Source: Sulfurovaceae bacterium (GTDB lineage Bacteria; Campylobacterota; Campylobacteria; Campylobacterales; Sulfurovaceae). From it: a stretch of DNA of 64,000 bases. Location: the NCBI GenBank assembly GCA_963698695.1, contig CAVORT010000009.1, forward strand, positions 98,741 through 162,740, read 5' to 3'. The notes beneath the pieces were generated by a model, which was given only the letters and a program-made list of their open reading frames with translations, was not told the origin of the DNA and ran no database searches. Position 1 is the stretch's first letter. Each line of letters opens with the position of its first letter. Position numbers and translations under genes: made by a program. Shown piece after piece: positions 30,096-40,820 of this stretch.

Positions 30096-31019
30096 TTATC
30101 CAATAGGGATAACACGGATGTTTGGATCAAGTTTGTCTTTGAGTGCATTTTCTATGGCCATGAGTGTCCCTGTACCTGAGCTCGAACAGCTACTACACGC
30201 ACCTAGATATGAGATATAGACTTCATATATTTCACCATTTTCTTTCACGCTCAGTACATCAATATCTCCACCATCCATGACTAGAAATTCTCTCACCGTA
30301 TTGTCTATGGCAGTATCGACTGCAATGACTCTATGGTCAGGGCTTAAGTCTTTAAATGGAACAGCAGTAAGGGCATCATCCGCTTCTTTTTGTTCTTCTA
30401 CGGATTGTTTATTGAGTGCGATGAGATGTAAAAGGTTTTTTTCACAATCAGGATCAGATGCACTTATTTTTGTGTAGTTTTCAGCTTCTTTAAGTGTTTG
30501 GATGTTGTGTGTGGCTATAGACTTCTTAATAGAGGCAATACTCATAGGACTCTCAGCACAAGGTACGGTTGATTCTTCATGGTTAAGTGTTGCTTTGATG
30601 TACTTTTTTACAGCCAGTTTGACAGCATCAAGTGCAAAAGTAACTGCATAAGCTTCATGGGAAGGTAATGCCTCAACGTTAGGGTTGTCTCTTAACAAAC
30701 GTTCCAAAGCAGAAAAAGTAAGACTCTCCATTTCTGGCATTGTTTTGTTTGTAGAGATGAGGGCTAACATGTGGTTCACTGCGATACCTGAAGCCACACC
30801 TTCATAGCTATAACGTGCAAGTTTGATAGTATCTTCATGTGTATCGATAGCCCAGTGCAGTGTAAGTTTATATCCTACTTCATCACTTCCATAGGTATAG
30901 CTAAAAACAGAAGCACCTAGTTCTTTGGCTTCTTCAGCAGAGATAGTACCTAGGTATTTGGGGTTGCCTATAAACATTGCTATTTTTACACCATATTCGT
31001 TGATTATTTCTTGATCCAT
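30096..31019 (-). CDS. NifU-like three-domain protein with degenerate IscU/BFD domains and intact Nfu domain
   Basis: C-terminal MDGGDIDVL..YLGACSSCSSSGTGTL; N-terminal NPKYLG..LRDNP resembles NifU but lacks the cysteines. Confidence 0.8.
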   Translation of the reverse strand: MDQEIINEYGVKIAMFIGNPKYLGTISAEEAKELGASVFSYTYGSDEVGYKLTLHWAIDTHEDTIKLARYSYEGVASGIAVNHMLALISTNKTMPEMESLTFSALERLLRDNPNVEALPSHEAYAVTFALDAVKLAVKKYIKATLNHEESTVPCAESPMSIASIKKSIATHNIQTLKEAENYTKISASDPDCEKNLLHLIALNKQSVEEQKEADDALTAVPFKDLSPDHRVIAVDTAIDNTVREFLVMDGGDIDVLSVKENGEIYEVYISYLGACSSCSSSGTGTLMAIENALKDKLDPNIRVIPIG

Positions 31020-31184
31020 GTTGTTTTCCTTTGAGGATAATATTGCCTACTGTAGCGAGCTAAGCTAAAAATAGGCTAAAATCAGTTGATTATTTTTATG
31101 TGTTAGAAAAAACCCCGTTGAATATCACACAAAATCAATACCTATAATTGACAAAACGAATTGATATTGACTGAATGCATAGCA

Positions 31185-34154
31185 TTAGGACTTATAAAAT
31201 TGAACAACAAATGCTTTAAACTCTTCTGCAGGAATAGGCCTGCTTATATAATAACCTTGCAACTCATCACAACCGTTTTTATGGAGAAATTCTAATTGCT
31301 CTTCTGTTTCAACACCTTCAGCAATGGTGAGCATATTCAGGTCATGAGCCATATTAATAATAGTCTTTACAATAGTTTTGTCTTCCGTATCATGAGGAAC
31401 ATCGCGGATAAATGATTGATCAATTTTCAGTTTATAGACGTTGAACTTTTTGAGATAATTCAATGATGAATATCCTGTTCCAAAATCGTCAATTGACATT
31501 TGAATACCATGCTGATGTAAGGAATTCATAAGCGCAATCGCTTCGAGTGGGTTTTCCATCATGGCTCCCTCTGTCAATTCAAGTTCAAGGTACTCAGCAG
31601 AGAGTTGAATTTCCTCTAATATCCCTAAAATAGAAGAAAGAAGTTTTGGATGGCGAAATTGAACCGCTGAGAGATTAACCGACATGATGAATGGTTCCAT
31701 GCCTCCATCCAACCATGTCTTCAATTGGGTCAGTGCGGTGCGAATCACCCATTCACCGATCACAATGATCTGACCCGTATCTTCGGCTATGGGGATGAAC
31801 TCGGCGGGTGATACCATCCCCAGTACAGGATGTTTCCAACGCAATAATGCCTCAGCCCCAATAAATTGTTTGGTAGAAATACTAACCTGAGGTTGATAGT
31901 GAAGTTCAAATTCATTTCGCTTGATCGCATGGCGAAGGGCATTTTCTATTTCGAGATGGCGGGAAGCTTGTGCTTGTATCTCTGGAGTAAAAAAGCGATA
32001 ACAATTTCGTCCATCATTTTTGGCATGATACATCGCAGAATCAGCGGACTGCAAAAGTTGATTAAAATTCTCTCCATCCATGGGATACAAGGCAATGCCT
32101 ATGGATGCCGTAACAGTAAGTTCTCGCGTTTTTAATTGGCATGCTTGAGAAACAATATTGAGGATTTTTTCAGCAACATGTGCTGCATTATCAGGGGTGG
32201 CATTTGGTAAGAGGATAACAAATTCATCACCCCCTTGCCTGGAGAGTATATCGCTCTCGCGCATCATCGCTTTCATACGTTTAGAAACTTCTATGAGAAG
32301 AAGATCGCCTACATCATGTCCAAGTGTATCATTGATATTTTTAAAATTATCCAAATCCAGAAAGAGTACAGCAAACGGTGCGTGTGTCCGACTGGCTAAA
32401 TTGATGGCACTTTTGACTTTTTCGTTGAGTAATGCCCTGTTAGGCAGTCCTGTGAGTATATCAAAGTGGGCTAGCCATTCTATCTTTTCCTGAGCTATTT
32501 TTTGGGAGGTAATATCCTGCATAGAACCGCGTATATGTGTTACTTCACCATGGTTTATGACGGGAGTACCAATGGTATGTACCCATTTTGTATTCCCTAG
32601 CGCTGTGATCATCTGAAGTTTTAAATTATAGGCGATACCCTTATGTATAGCTGTATCCATAGCATTTTGAATTTCGTCTAGCCATTTACCGTGGTATACA
32701 CTCAACCCAATTTCTGCTGAAGTAGGTGCATTAGGATCAAGATCATGTATACGGGCGATCTCTTGGGTCCATGCCCCTTCACCGGTTTTTACATTAAACT
32801 CCCATCCTCCCACATGCGCCAATTGACTCATCTCTTCAAGAAGTTTTTCTGTTTGCAGTAAACTTTTTTCTGCGTTATGGCGTTGTGTAATGTCACGGGC
32901 TACGCCAAGTACACCTACCAATTGATCATCGTCATTGTAGAAGGGTATTTTGAGTGTTTCGAAAAGCCCATGATATCCATTATCATCAAATGTCAGCCAC
33001 TCTTCATTGATGTTGAGTTTGTTTGTTTCCATGACTGAACGGTCATTCTTTCTGAAAAAATCAGCAAGTTCTTTGTCGATAAAATCATAATCCGTTTTTC
33101 CAACAATATGTTCCTCTTTTGCACCAAAAAAACGTTCAAACATAGGATTACAAAGAAGATACACACCCTCAATGTTTTTAAGCCATATAAGGTCTGGGAT
33201 GGTGTTGAGGAGTGTGTGAAGCTGATTTTTAGTTTGAGAGATCTCTAAAGTACGCTGTTCAATTTCTTTTTCAAGAAAGTGACGGTAGTAGTAGATCTCC
33301 ATATATTGTTTAATCATATATCCCAATAATAGAATGATCAAAATGCCCAATGAAATTTCAAGTATCAAAAGACCATAGTCCGTCCAACCGTCAATTGGGG
33401 AAATACGAAGAATCCAAGTGGCATTGGGGAATTCAATGGTTGTTTCAACAGGATTGTTGAGTTTCACATTTTGTGAAGAGGCGATAGTTTTTTCTGCTTT
33501 TGTAGTAGGATGGACATGGGCAATTGTAAATGCATATCCCTTGTCTTTTAAATGTTTAAGATCCGTGGTATCAAGTATATCAGGGTATTTTATGATCACG
33601 AGGACAAAACCCCAAAAAAGGTCATCTTCTTCTACAAAGACAGGTAATCTTCCGATGAGTCCCTGACCTCCCTGTACGAGATCAATAACACCTGTTAATA
33701 TCATTTTTTGGGTTTTAAATGCTACAAGTGCTTCAGCCTTTTGCTTTGGGTCAGACAATACATTAAATCCTATGGCTTTTTCATTGGCCAAGAGAGGGGC
33801 TACTTGTGTGACAATGCCATCGGGGGCCAGTGCTATTTCCGAAATAAGTGGATCAAATGCTACGAGTTCTTCTGCAATAGATACAAAATTATGGATCTCA
33901 CCTTCATTACGGATGATCGCAGCAAAGGGATAGGCAAATGACAACTTCTGAGTAATGTTTTTATGAAGAAGCGTGATAGTCTTGTTGGCTATGTCTGTAA
34001 TTTCAGCATGTTGTTTTTCTAAACGTACGGATTCGATCTTCCAAATGATACTCGCTATAATGATCGCTGTGAGTAACATCGTGACTAAACCATATATTCT
34101 CCCTTGTTTATGTAAGTGAGAATATTTAAATTCAGAAGGTGGTATATTTAGCAT
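31185..34154 (-). CDS. CHASE-PAS-PAS-GGDEF-EAL diguanylate cyclase/phosphodiesterase
   Basis: Two TMs flanking a CHASE-like region (LVQGGQGLIGRLPVF); PAS motifs; RQGGDEF; EALLRW; DDFGTGYSS. Confidence 0.92.
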   Translation of the reverse strand: MLNIPPSEFKYSHLHKQGRIYGLVTMLLTAIIIASIIWKIESVRLEKQHAEITDIANKTITLLHKNITQKLSFAYPFAAIIRNEGEIHNFVSIAEELVAFDPLISEIALAPDGIVTQVAPLLANEKAIGFNVLSDPKQKAEALVAFKTQKMILTGVIDLVQGGQGLIGRLPVFVEEDDLFWGFVLVIIKYPDILDTTDLKHLKDKGYAFTIAHVHPTTKAEKTIASSQNVKLNNPVETTIEFPNATWILRISPIDGWTDYGLLILEISLGILIILLLGYMIKQYMEIYYYRHFLEKEIEQRTLEISQTKNQLHTLLNTIPDLIWLKNIEGVYLLCNPMFERFFGAKEEHIVGKTDYDFIDKELADFFRKNDRSVMETNKLNINEEWLTFDDNGYHGLFETLKIPFYNDDDQLVGVLGVARDITQRHNAEKSLLQTEKLLEEMSQLAHVGGWEFNVKTGEGAWTQEIARIHDLDPNAPTSAEIGLSVYHGKWLDEIQNAMDTAIHKGIAYNLKLQMITALGNTKWVHTIGTPVINHGEVTHIRGSMQDITSQKIAQEKIEWLAHFDILTGLPNRALLNEKVKSAINLASRTHAPFAVLFLDLDNFKNINDTLGHDVGDLLLIEVSKRMKAMMRESDILSRQGGDEFVILLPNATPDNAAHVAEKILNIVSQACQLKTRELTVTASIGIALYPMDGENFNQLLQSADSAMYHAKNDGRNCYRFFTPEIQAQASRHLEIENALRHAIKRNEFELHYQPQVSISTKQFIGAEALLRWKHPVLGMVSPAEFIPIAEDTGQIIVIGEWVIRTALTQLKTWLDGGMEPFIMSVNLSAVQFRHPKLLSSILGILEEIQLSAEYLELELTEGAMMENPLEAIALMNSLHQHGIQMSIDDFGTGYSSLNYLKKFNVYKLKIDQSFIRDVPHDTEDKTIVKTIINMAHDLNMLTIAEGVETEEQLEFLHKNGCDELQGYYISRPIPAEEFKAFVVQFYKS

Positions 34155-34391
34155 AAGATCCTCATATCAAATAATTATGTTACTCATTTTCATCATACAT
34201 TTTCCCAATTCATTAGAAAAGTCATTTATCGTAGATCAGTTTATTATATTATACCCTAATATCAAAATACTTAAAATGTGAGTCAAGTGACTGTTCTGAT
34301 TATTTGTCTATACAACTTAATTAAAGTGTATCATTACGTAGCCTAGTGTCATTTGTGGGTATAATTTCCCACTCAACAAATAAGGATATTT

Positions 34392-35537
34392 ATGAATGAT
34401 TTTACCTATTACAATCCTACCAAAATAGAGTTTGGTAAGGGAAAAGAAAAGAACATAGGCACCTATATTAAAGAAGCCGGGTTTGATAGTGTTTTACTGG
34501 TATACGGAACGGGAAGCATTAAAAAGAGCAGCCTGTATGACGATACGATCATCTCACTTCAAAATGCAGGACTGACTTATGAAGAGCTTGACGGGGTTGT
34601 AAGCAATCCGCTCTTAAGTCGGGTAAATGATGGTATTAAGATAGCCAAAGATAAGAAGCTTCAAGCTGTGCTGGGTGTGGGTGGAGGTTCTGTTGCTGAT
34701 TCGGTAAAAGTGATTGCTGCAGGGGCTAAATACGATGGAGATGTGTGGGACTTTTTTATTCAAAAAGCACAGATCATTGAAGCACTTCCCGTGTTTACTG
34801 TCATGACACTCGCTGCAACGGCCAGTGAGATGAATGGAAATGCTGTGATCATGAATGACCAGACAAAGCAGAAATATTCTATTTCATCGGTTATGCTCAA
34901 TCCTGTGCTTTCTGTGATCAATCCTGAACTCATGGCAACCGTTACTCAAGAATATCTTGCTTACTCAGCTGTGGATGCTATAGCGCATTCTATAGAGATC
35001 TATTTTACTGCTTCAAGCCATCCTCATTTTAATTCAAGGATCGTGGAAGCTATCATCAAGACTATTATGGAAACCACGGAAATCTTGATAAAAGATGCGA
35101 AAAACTATGAGGCCAGAGGTGAGTTTGCTTGGGCGGCAACTCAAGCCCTTAACGGGCTTACACCTGCGGGAACAGCAGGGGGATCTTTTCCAAATCACAT
35201 GATTGAACATGCACTTTCAGCACTGTATAATGTTGCGCATGGTGCAGGTCTTTCTATTGTTATTCCTGCATGGATGAAGTGGTACAAGCAGGAAAATACG
35301 CTTCAGTTTGAACGCTTTGCAAAAGAAGTTTTTGGTGTTGAAGGTGCAGATGCTGGCATAGCAGCTTTGGAAAACTGGTTTGCAAAGATCGGTTCACCTG
35401 TGTGTTTAGCAGATGCAGATATCCCAAGAGAGGCCATCTCTGCTTTAGCTGAGAATGCAGCTGAACTGGGAGTGCTCTGGGGTATGGGAAGTATCTACAC
35501 CAAAGATACCATTATTGAAATACTAGAAAAAGCATAA
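34392..35537 (+). CDS. Iron-containing alcohol dehydrogenase (YqhD/BdhA-like)
   Basis: NPTKIEFG, GGGSVAD, DAIAH, HMIEH, HGAGL. Confidence 0.92.
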   Translation: MNDFTYYNPTKIEFGKGKEKNIGTYIKEAGFDSVLLVYGTGSIKKSSLYDDTIISLQNAGLTYEELDGVVSNPLLSRVNDGIKIAKDKKLQAVLGVGGGSVADSVKVIAAGAKYDGDVWDFFIQKAQIIEALPVFTVMTLAATASEMNGNAVIMNDQTKQKYSISSVMLNPVLSVINPELMATVTQEYLAYSAVDAIAHSIEIYFTASSHPHFNSRIVEAIIKTIMETTEILIKDAKNYEARGEFAWAATQALNGLTPAGTAGGSFPNHMIEHALSALYNVAHGAGLSIVIPAWMKWYKQENTLQFERFAKEVFGVEGADAGIAALENWFAKIGSPVCLADADIPREAISALAENAAELGVLWGMGSIYTKDTIIEILEKA

Positions 35538-35582
35538 GGAAGGCTTTTTTGATGGATTGCGCTTCGATGAAGTAAATATTAC

Positions 35583-35608
35583 AGCACAAAACCTTTCAGT
35601 TTTGTGCT
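35583..35608. terminator. Hairpin between convergent ADH and putP
   Basis: AGCACAAAAC-N6-GTTTTGTGCT perfect 10-bp stem. Confidence 0.55.
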
Positions 35609-35685
35609 CTACAACTCTTGAAGAAATACTTTATGCATGATATCTTTAAGGGGGACCTGGATCTAGACATGCAGGTGATCATGGT

Positions 35686-37155
35686 TTATTTTGAAAGTTT
35701 TGACTTCACTTCGTCAAATTGAGCATGTATCCCTTGTGACGTTTGCGGATAGAGTTTGCTATGTAGTGTTATAGCAAGCCAAGCAAACACAAACCCAGGA
35801 AGTAGTTCATAGATGTCGAAAATCCCTCCTTCTAGCTGCTTCCATACGATGACAACCATACTCCCCGTCAGCATACCTGCGATGGCACCATATTTGCTAA
35901 TGTTTCGACTATAAAGCGAAAGAATGATCAAGGGGCCAAATGCCGCACCAAAACCTGCCCATGCATAAGATACAAGCTGTAAGACACTTGAGTTTTGATC
36001 AGTAGAGAGATACCATGCTATCACTGCTATGATGATGACTGTCATGCGTCCTACCCAAACCAATTCTTTGTTTGAAGCATTTTTTCTCAATAAAGCATGA
36101 TAAATGTCTCGTGTCAGCACAGAAGATGAGACAAGCAACTGTGAATCGATCGTACTCATGATGGCTGCAAGGATCGCTGCCAATAAAAATCCAGCGATCC
36201 AGGGATTGAAGACCAGCTCAGAGAGTGTAATAAAGATCTTTTCACTGTCTTGAAGATCGATGCCGTTTCCTATGACATAGGCAAAACCAAAAAAACCGAC
36301 GCTGAGTGAACCTATGATAGATAGGAACATCCAACTCATACCGATGATCTTTGCACGATGCATCTCATCATGATGACGGATCGACATAAATCGTACCAAA
36401 ATATGAGGCTGACCAAAATAGCCAAGTCCCCAAGCCAAAAGAGATATGATAGTGAGTATAGAACTACCACTGACAATATCCAAATGGCTAGGATCTGCTT
36501 TACCAATGATGCTTAGGGCTTGTTCTATACCACCTAGTTCAAAAAGCACAACTATAGGCGTTACGACTAAAGCAAGCATCATTAAAATACCCTGAACAAA
36601 ATCAGTCCAGCTTACCGCATTGTAGCCACCTAAAAAGGTGTAAGAGACGATAATAATACTTCCCACCAATAATGCAGTGGAATAGTCAAGGTGAAAAGTA
36701 GCTTCAAAAAGTTTAGCTCCGCCAACCAGTCCTGATGATGTGTAGAGCGTATAAAAAAGTAAAATGACTATAGCCGTAATAATACGGAGCATATTGCTGT
36801 CATCTTTAAAACGCGCTGAAAAATAGTCAGGTATGGTAATAGCATCATTGAGATGATGCGTATACACACGAAGCGGTTTAGCGACATAATGCCAATTGAG
36901 ATAGGCACCGACTAAGAGACCCAATGCTATCCATGCACCAACCAAACCATCCGTGTACATCATTCCTGGAAGTCCAAGCAGGAGCCAACCGCTCATGTCG
37001 GATGCACCAGCACTTAGTGCAGTCACTCCCGGCCCTAAACCACGACCACCAAGGACGTAGTCGCTTAGATCATTGGTTTGAAAGTAAAAGTAAAATCCTA
37101 TTGCGACCATGACGGCCATGTAGAGTGTAAATGATATTAGTACTGGTGTTTCCAT
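35686..37155 (-). CDS. putP: Sodium/proline symporter
   Basis: DYVLGGR, ALSAGASDMSGWLLLGLPG, WGLGYFGQPHIL; start METPV directly after the putA stop. Confidence 0.95.
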   Translation of the reverse strand: METPVLISFTLYMAVMVAIGFYFYFQTNDLSDYVLGGRGLGPGVTALSAGASDMSGWLLLGLPGMMYTDGLVGAWIALGLLVGAYLNWHYVAKPLRVYTHHLNDAITIPDYFSARFKDDSNMLRIITAIVILLFYTLYTSSGLVGGAKLFEATFHLDYSTALLVGSIIIVSYTFLGGYNAVSWTDFVQGILMMLALVVTPIVVLFELGGIEQALSIIGKADPSHLDIVSGSSILTIISLLAWGLGYFGQPHILVRFMSIRHHDEMHRAKIIGMSWMFLSIIGSLSVGFFGFAYVIGNGIDLQDSEKIFITLSELVFNPWIAGFLLAAILAAIMSTIDSQLLVSSSVLTRDIYHALLRKNASNKELVWVGRMTVIIIAVIAWYLSTDQNSSVLQLVSYAWAGFGAAFGPLIILSLYSRNISKYGAIAGMLTGSMVVIVWKQLEGGIFDIYELLPGFVFAWLAITLHSKLYPQTSQGIHAQFDEVKSKLSK

Positions 37156-37156
37156 G

Positions 37157-40100
37157 TTATTTTCCTTCTTTTGATAGTATTCCTTTTTGCCCCAGATTGC
37201 CATAGCGATGATAGCTGTCTGAAATACTTTGCTCTATAAAATAGTGCATCAGTTCAATGCGACCATGTGAGATAAATGGATCTGAAGCAATATAGAGTGC
37301 TTGATCTGCAACTGCTTCATAAATGTTTTCAGATACATTTTCCGGCTGTAAGAAACGGATACGCTCAACATGTGACAGTGATTTTATCAGTGCTAATTCA
37401 TTTTCTCTTATGAGGACGTCACCATCGTTTTCCTGATCCATCAATAGGCTTCCTTTCACCTCAAGCCAAAGTAGCTCAGCACTCTGAAATGTTTCAGGTA
37501 AGGATAGGTGTAGTTTTGCTCCAGCCATTTTGATGGCCATGATAGAAGTAAGGATTTGAGACAGATCATCATTCTCTTCCACGCGTAAAAGGACACTTTT
37601 TACAGGTAAATATCGAACACTATTACTTTCACCTCGTATACCTGCATGATCATGTTCCTGTGTAAACTCCCTCTCTAACCAAATCGAGAAGTGACAGGCT
37701 TTTTTAAGTGAGAGTGTAATGGCATCATCATGTTCCTGTTCATTGGAGAAGAGTGCTTCAAGTGTATTTAGGTAGTCCACAGAAGCAGAACAGGTCTCAT
37801 ACATATTTGTTTCATCATAAGTGAGTTGCATAAACTGTGTGACATAGTTAAATCCGCCTGCTTTTTTACCAGAACCGATAGCAGACTTACGCATACCTCC
37901 AAAAGGCTGTCTGATCACAATGGCTCCTGTGGTAGGACGGTTGATATAGAGGTTTCCTGCCAGCAATTTCTCTTTCCAACGCTCTTGTTCACGCTTATCA
38001 AGACTCTCCAGTCCTGAAGTAAGTCCATACCCTGTGGCATTGACTATCTCTATAGCATCATCAAGGTCATTGGCACACATGACACTCAGTACGGGTCCAA
38101 AAAGTTCTTTCATATGACAGAAGTCACCCTTTTGTGTCCCCCATCTGATAGAAGGTTTGAGCATATAAGGGTTTTCATTGTCTGCATAGGAGGGTGCAAT
38201 GGCCCAAGTCTCATTTTTATCAAGGTAGCTAAGTGATGTTTTTAAGTCACCAGCAGGTAAGTTTGCCAGTGTCCCGATACGATTTTTAAAATCCCACACA
38301 GAACCCACTTCAAGTGACTGTGCTGCATCTATGAGTGATTGTTTAAAGTTTTCATCTTCATAGACCTCTTTTTCAAGTACCAAAAGTGAAGTAGCTGAAC
38401 ATTTTTGACCAGAGTTGCCAAATGCTGAAGTGATCACATTTTTGATTGCCTGATCACGGTCTGCCATCGCTGTGACGATCGTAGCATCTTTACCCCCGGT
38501 TTCTGCACTGAGTGCAATGTTTGGTCTTGCTTTTATCATACCGTAGGCTGTTTGTTCACCCCCGGTAAAAATGACAAAGTCAATGTCAGGGTTTGAGACA
38601 AGATGTTTGCCTACCAAAGAGCCACTTGTTGGTACAAACTGAAGTGTATTTTTACTGACCCCTGCATCCCAGAAACATTGACAAAGTCTGTATCCGCATA
38701 ATAGTGCATCTGAAGAGGGTTTAAGAATGACAGTATTACCTGCTGCCAATGCAGCAGCCACACCACCTGTGGGGATAGCAATAGGGAAATTCCAAGGGCT
38801 GATAACAAGTCCAACTCCTTTTGCTTTGACATTTACGCCATTCAAACTGGATATTTTGTCTACACTATAGGGGTAGAAATTGAGAAAATCAATCGCTTCA
38901 GATACTTCTACGTCAGTCTCTGTAAATACTTTTCCCACTTCCGCAGCTGCAATACCGATAAGGTCTGCTCTTGCTTTTCTAAATTCATCTGCAACATGCA
39001 TTAACATAGCTTGACGGCTTTTAACATCTAGATCTCTCCATCCATCGGGATCTTCTTTTGCTATTTTACGTGCCAGTTCCAAGTCGTCAGCCGTTGCTTT
39101 GTGATAGTAACCTACCTTGATTTTTTCATGGTATTGTGACTTGTCTATGATCTCTATTTTCTCACCTGTATGACTCTCTTTTCCTGCGATGACCGGAACA
39201 GCATTAAACCCACCATTTTCACCTACATTTTTCCATTTGTCAGCAATGGTGGCAGCCCATTTTTGATTTTGTGGTAAAGCAAAATCAGTATCGGGCTCAT
39301 TTTTAAACTGATAAGCATGTATATCAATTTCAGATGATATGAAGGGGCGATTTCTGTCTTGTATACGGTTTGGTTTCAGTGTGAGTTTAGGCATCATCTC
39401 CACAGAATCGTCATAGCTTTTTACCAGTTTTTCCCATGCTTCACTGTCTACTTCAAGTCCAAAGCTATGTCTTAAAAAGTTTTGTTCTGCTGTGTTTTCG
39501 TCAAATCTTCTTACCAGATAGGCAATGGCATTAGTAAAAGTTTCCTGTGTGGCAATAGGTGCATAGAGTATCACATTCACTTGGTCATTTTTAAGTACCT
39601 GGTATGCCGACTCGCTCATACCCTCTAACATTTCAGCCGTATGAAATGCTTCTACGCCACGCTCTTTAGCCAGTAGTACTGCGAGTGCCTGATCAAAGAG
39701 ATTATGTGACGCCGTACCTACATGTACGTATGGGGCTATTTCTTTAGAAAGAAGATAGTCCATAATCACTTTATAATTTGCATCACTTTCAACCTTAGAT
39801 GAAAATGTGACATTCTCCCAGCCTCTTAAACTGGCTTCAGTCAGTTCCATCTCCTGGTTTGCACCCTTAACCAAACGTATCTTGATAGGTGCACCTCCGT
39901 TTTTTACACGCTCTTTTGCCCATACAGCCAGTTTTTGTACCTGTTCAAATGTATCTGGAAGGTAGGTCTGCACCACAATACCGGCATGATAATGATGAAA
40001 CTCTTCCAGCTCAAGTGTGCTTTTGAAAACCTCGATGGTAAGTTCTAGATCACGATATTCTTCCATATCCAAGTTGACGAATTTATACTGTTTTTTATTC

Positions 40101-40759
40101 TGATGATCTACAAAAGTATTTTGCATAGCTGCACGATAAATGCGTACAAGCCTTTGGCTTATTTCATTCATACTCCACAGATGTGCATGGGGTATTATTT
40201 GAGAAAAGAGTGTCGATATTTTTATAGAAAGGTAGTCAATATCAGGGTTTTCCAAAGCTAAAATATACTTATTTATACGTTTCTGTGCCTCTTCTTCACC
40301 GAGTACGATCTCGCCAATGATATTGAGATTGACTCTTGTACCTTCTTTTCTTCTGTGTTGTATGTGTTTAAGGAGAGGATCATCCTCTCCTTTGATAATA
40401 ATATTGGAAACATCATTTCTCAAATAGTCAATAAACAAGGGAATGGAAATGGAACTTACATAAATACCCACATGTCTAAATAGCCAAATGAGTATTTGTT
40501 CAAAAGAGGAGAAAAAATCAGTATTTTCATGTTTGGCAAATAGATATGCCAATTGGTCAGCGACACGAGTAGTATTTTTTGAACGAAAACTCTGATCTAG
40601 TAACTCGATCAGAAAGATTTTGTTCATGGGGTCATCAAGCATTTTATGCATCATATCATGAAAACGCTGCTCTTCACTTTTTCTGCTTTTTTGGATGAGA
40701 CTCTGCCATCTGTGTGCAACATTTTTGACTTCATTCAATGTTTTGTTTGATATGTTCAT
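37157..40759 (-). CDS. putA: Bifunctional proline dehydrogenase / P5C dehydrogenase
   Basis: LDMEEY, IRLVKGA, AYLVRRFDEN, PWNFP, AETGGK, GQKCSA, ELFGP. Confidence 0.95.
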   Translation of the reverse strand: MNISNKTLNEVKNVAHRWQSLIQKSRKSEEQRFHDMMHKMLDDPMNKIFLIELLDQSFRSKNTTRVADQLAYLFAKHENTDFFSSFEQILIWLFRHVGIYVSSISIPLFIDYLRNDVSNIIIKGEDDPLLKHIQHRRKEGTRVNLNIIGEIVLGEEEAQKRINKYILALENPDIDYLSIKISTLFSQIIPHAHLWSMNEISQRLVRIYRAAMQNTFVDHQNKKQYKFVNLDMEEYRDLELTIEVFKSTLELEEFHHYHAGIVVQTYLPDTFEQVQKLAVWAKERVKNGGAPIKIRLVKGANQEMELTEASLRGWENVTFSSKVESDANYKVIMDYLLSKEIAPYVHVGTASHNLFDQALAVLLAKERGVEAFHTAEMLEGMSESAYQVLKNDQVNVILYAPIATQETFTNAIAYLVRRFDENTAEQNFLRHSFGLEVDSEAWEKLVKSYDDSVEMMPKLTLKPNRIQDRNRPFISSEIDIHAYQFKNEPDTDFALPQNQKWAATIADKWKNVGENGGFNAVPVIAGKESHTGEKIEIIDKSQYHEKIKVGYYHKATADDLELARKIAKEDPDGWRDLDVKSRQAMLMHVADEFRKARADLIGIAAAEVGKVFTETDVEVSEAIDFLNFYPYSVDKISSLNGVNVKAKGVGLVISPWNFPIAIPTGGVAAALAAGNTVILKPSSDALLCGYRLCQCFWDAGVSKNTLQFVPTSGSLVGKHLVSNPDIDFVIFTGGEQTAYGMIKARPNIALSAETGGKDATIVTAMADRDQAIKNVITSAFGNSGQKCSATSLLVLEKEVYEDENFKQSLIDAAQSLEVGSVWDFKNRIGTLANLPAGDLKTSLSYLDKNETWAIAPSYADNENPYMLKPSIRWGTQKGDFCHMKELFGPVLSVMCANDLDDAIEIVNATGYGLTSGLESLDKREQERWKEKLLAGNLYINRPTTGAIVIRQPFGGMRKSAIGSGKKAGGFNYVTQFMQLTYDETNMYETCSASVDYLNTLEALFSNEQEHDDAITLSLKKACHFSIWLEREFTQEHDHAGIRGESNSVRYLPVKSVLLRVEENDDLSQILTSIMAIKMAGAKLHLSLPETFQSAELLWLEVKGSLLMDQENDGDVLIRENELALIKSLSHVERIRFLQPENVSENIYEAVADQALYIASDPFISHGRIELMHYFIEQSISDSYHRYGNLGQKGILSKEGK

Positions 40760-40820
40760 AGTATTTGACTCCTTTGTCTCTATTTTCTAGATGTGGTTAT
40801 AGTGTGAAACCTTAGGAGCT

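Noticed and set aside
31185-34154. Direct functional link between this GGDEF-EAL protein and the riboswitch
   Set aside because: They are 25 kb apart and such proteins are usually numerous; there is no specific evidence.
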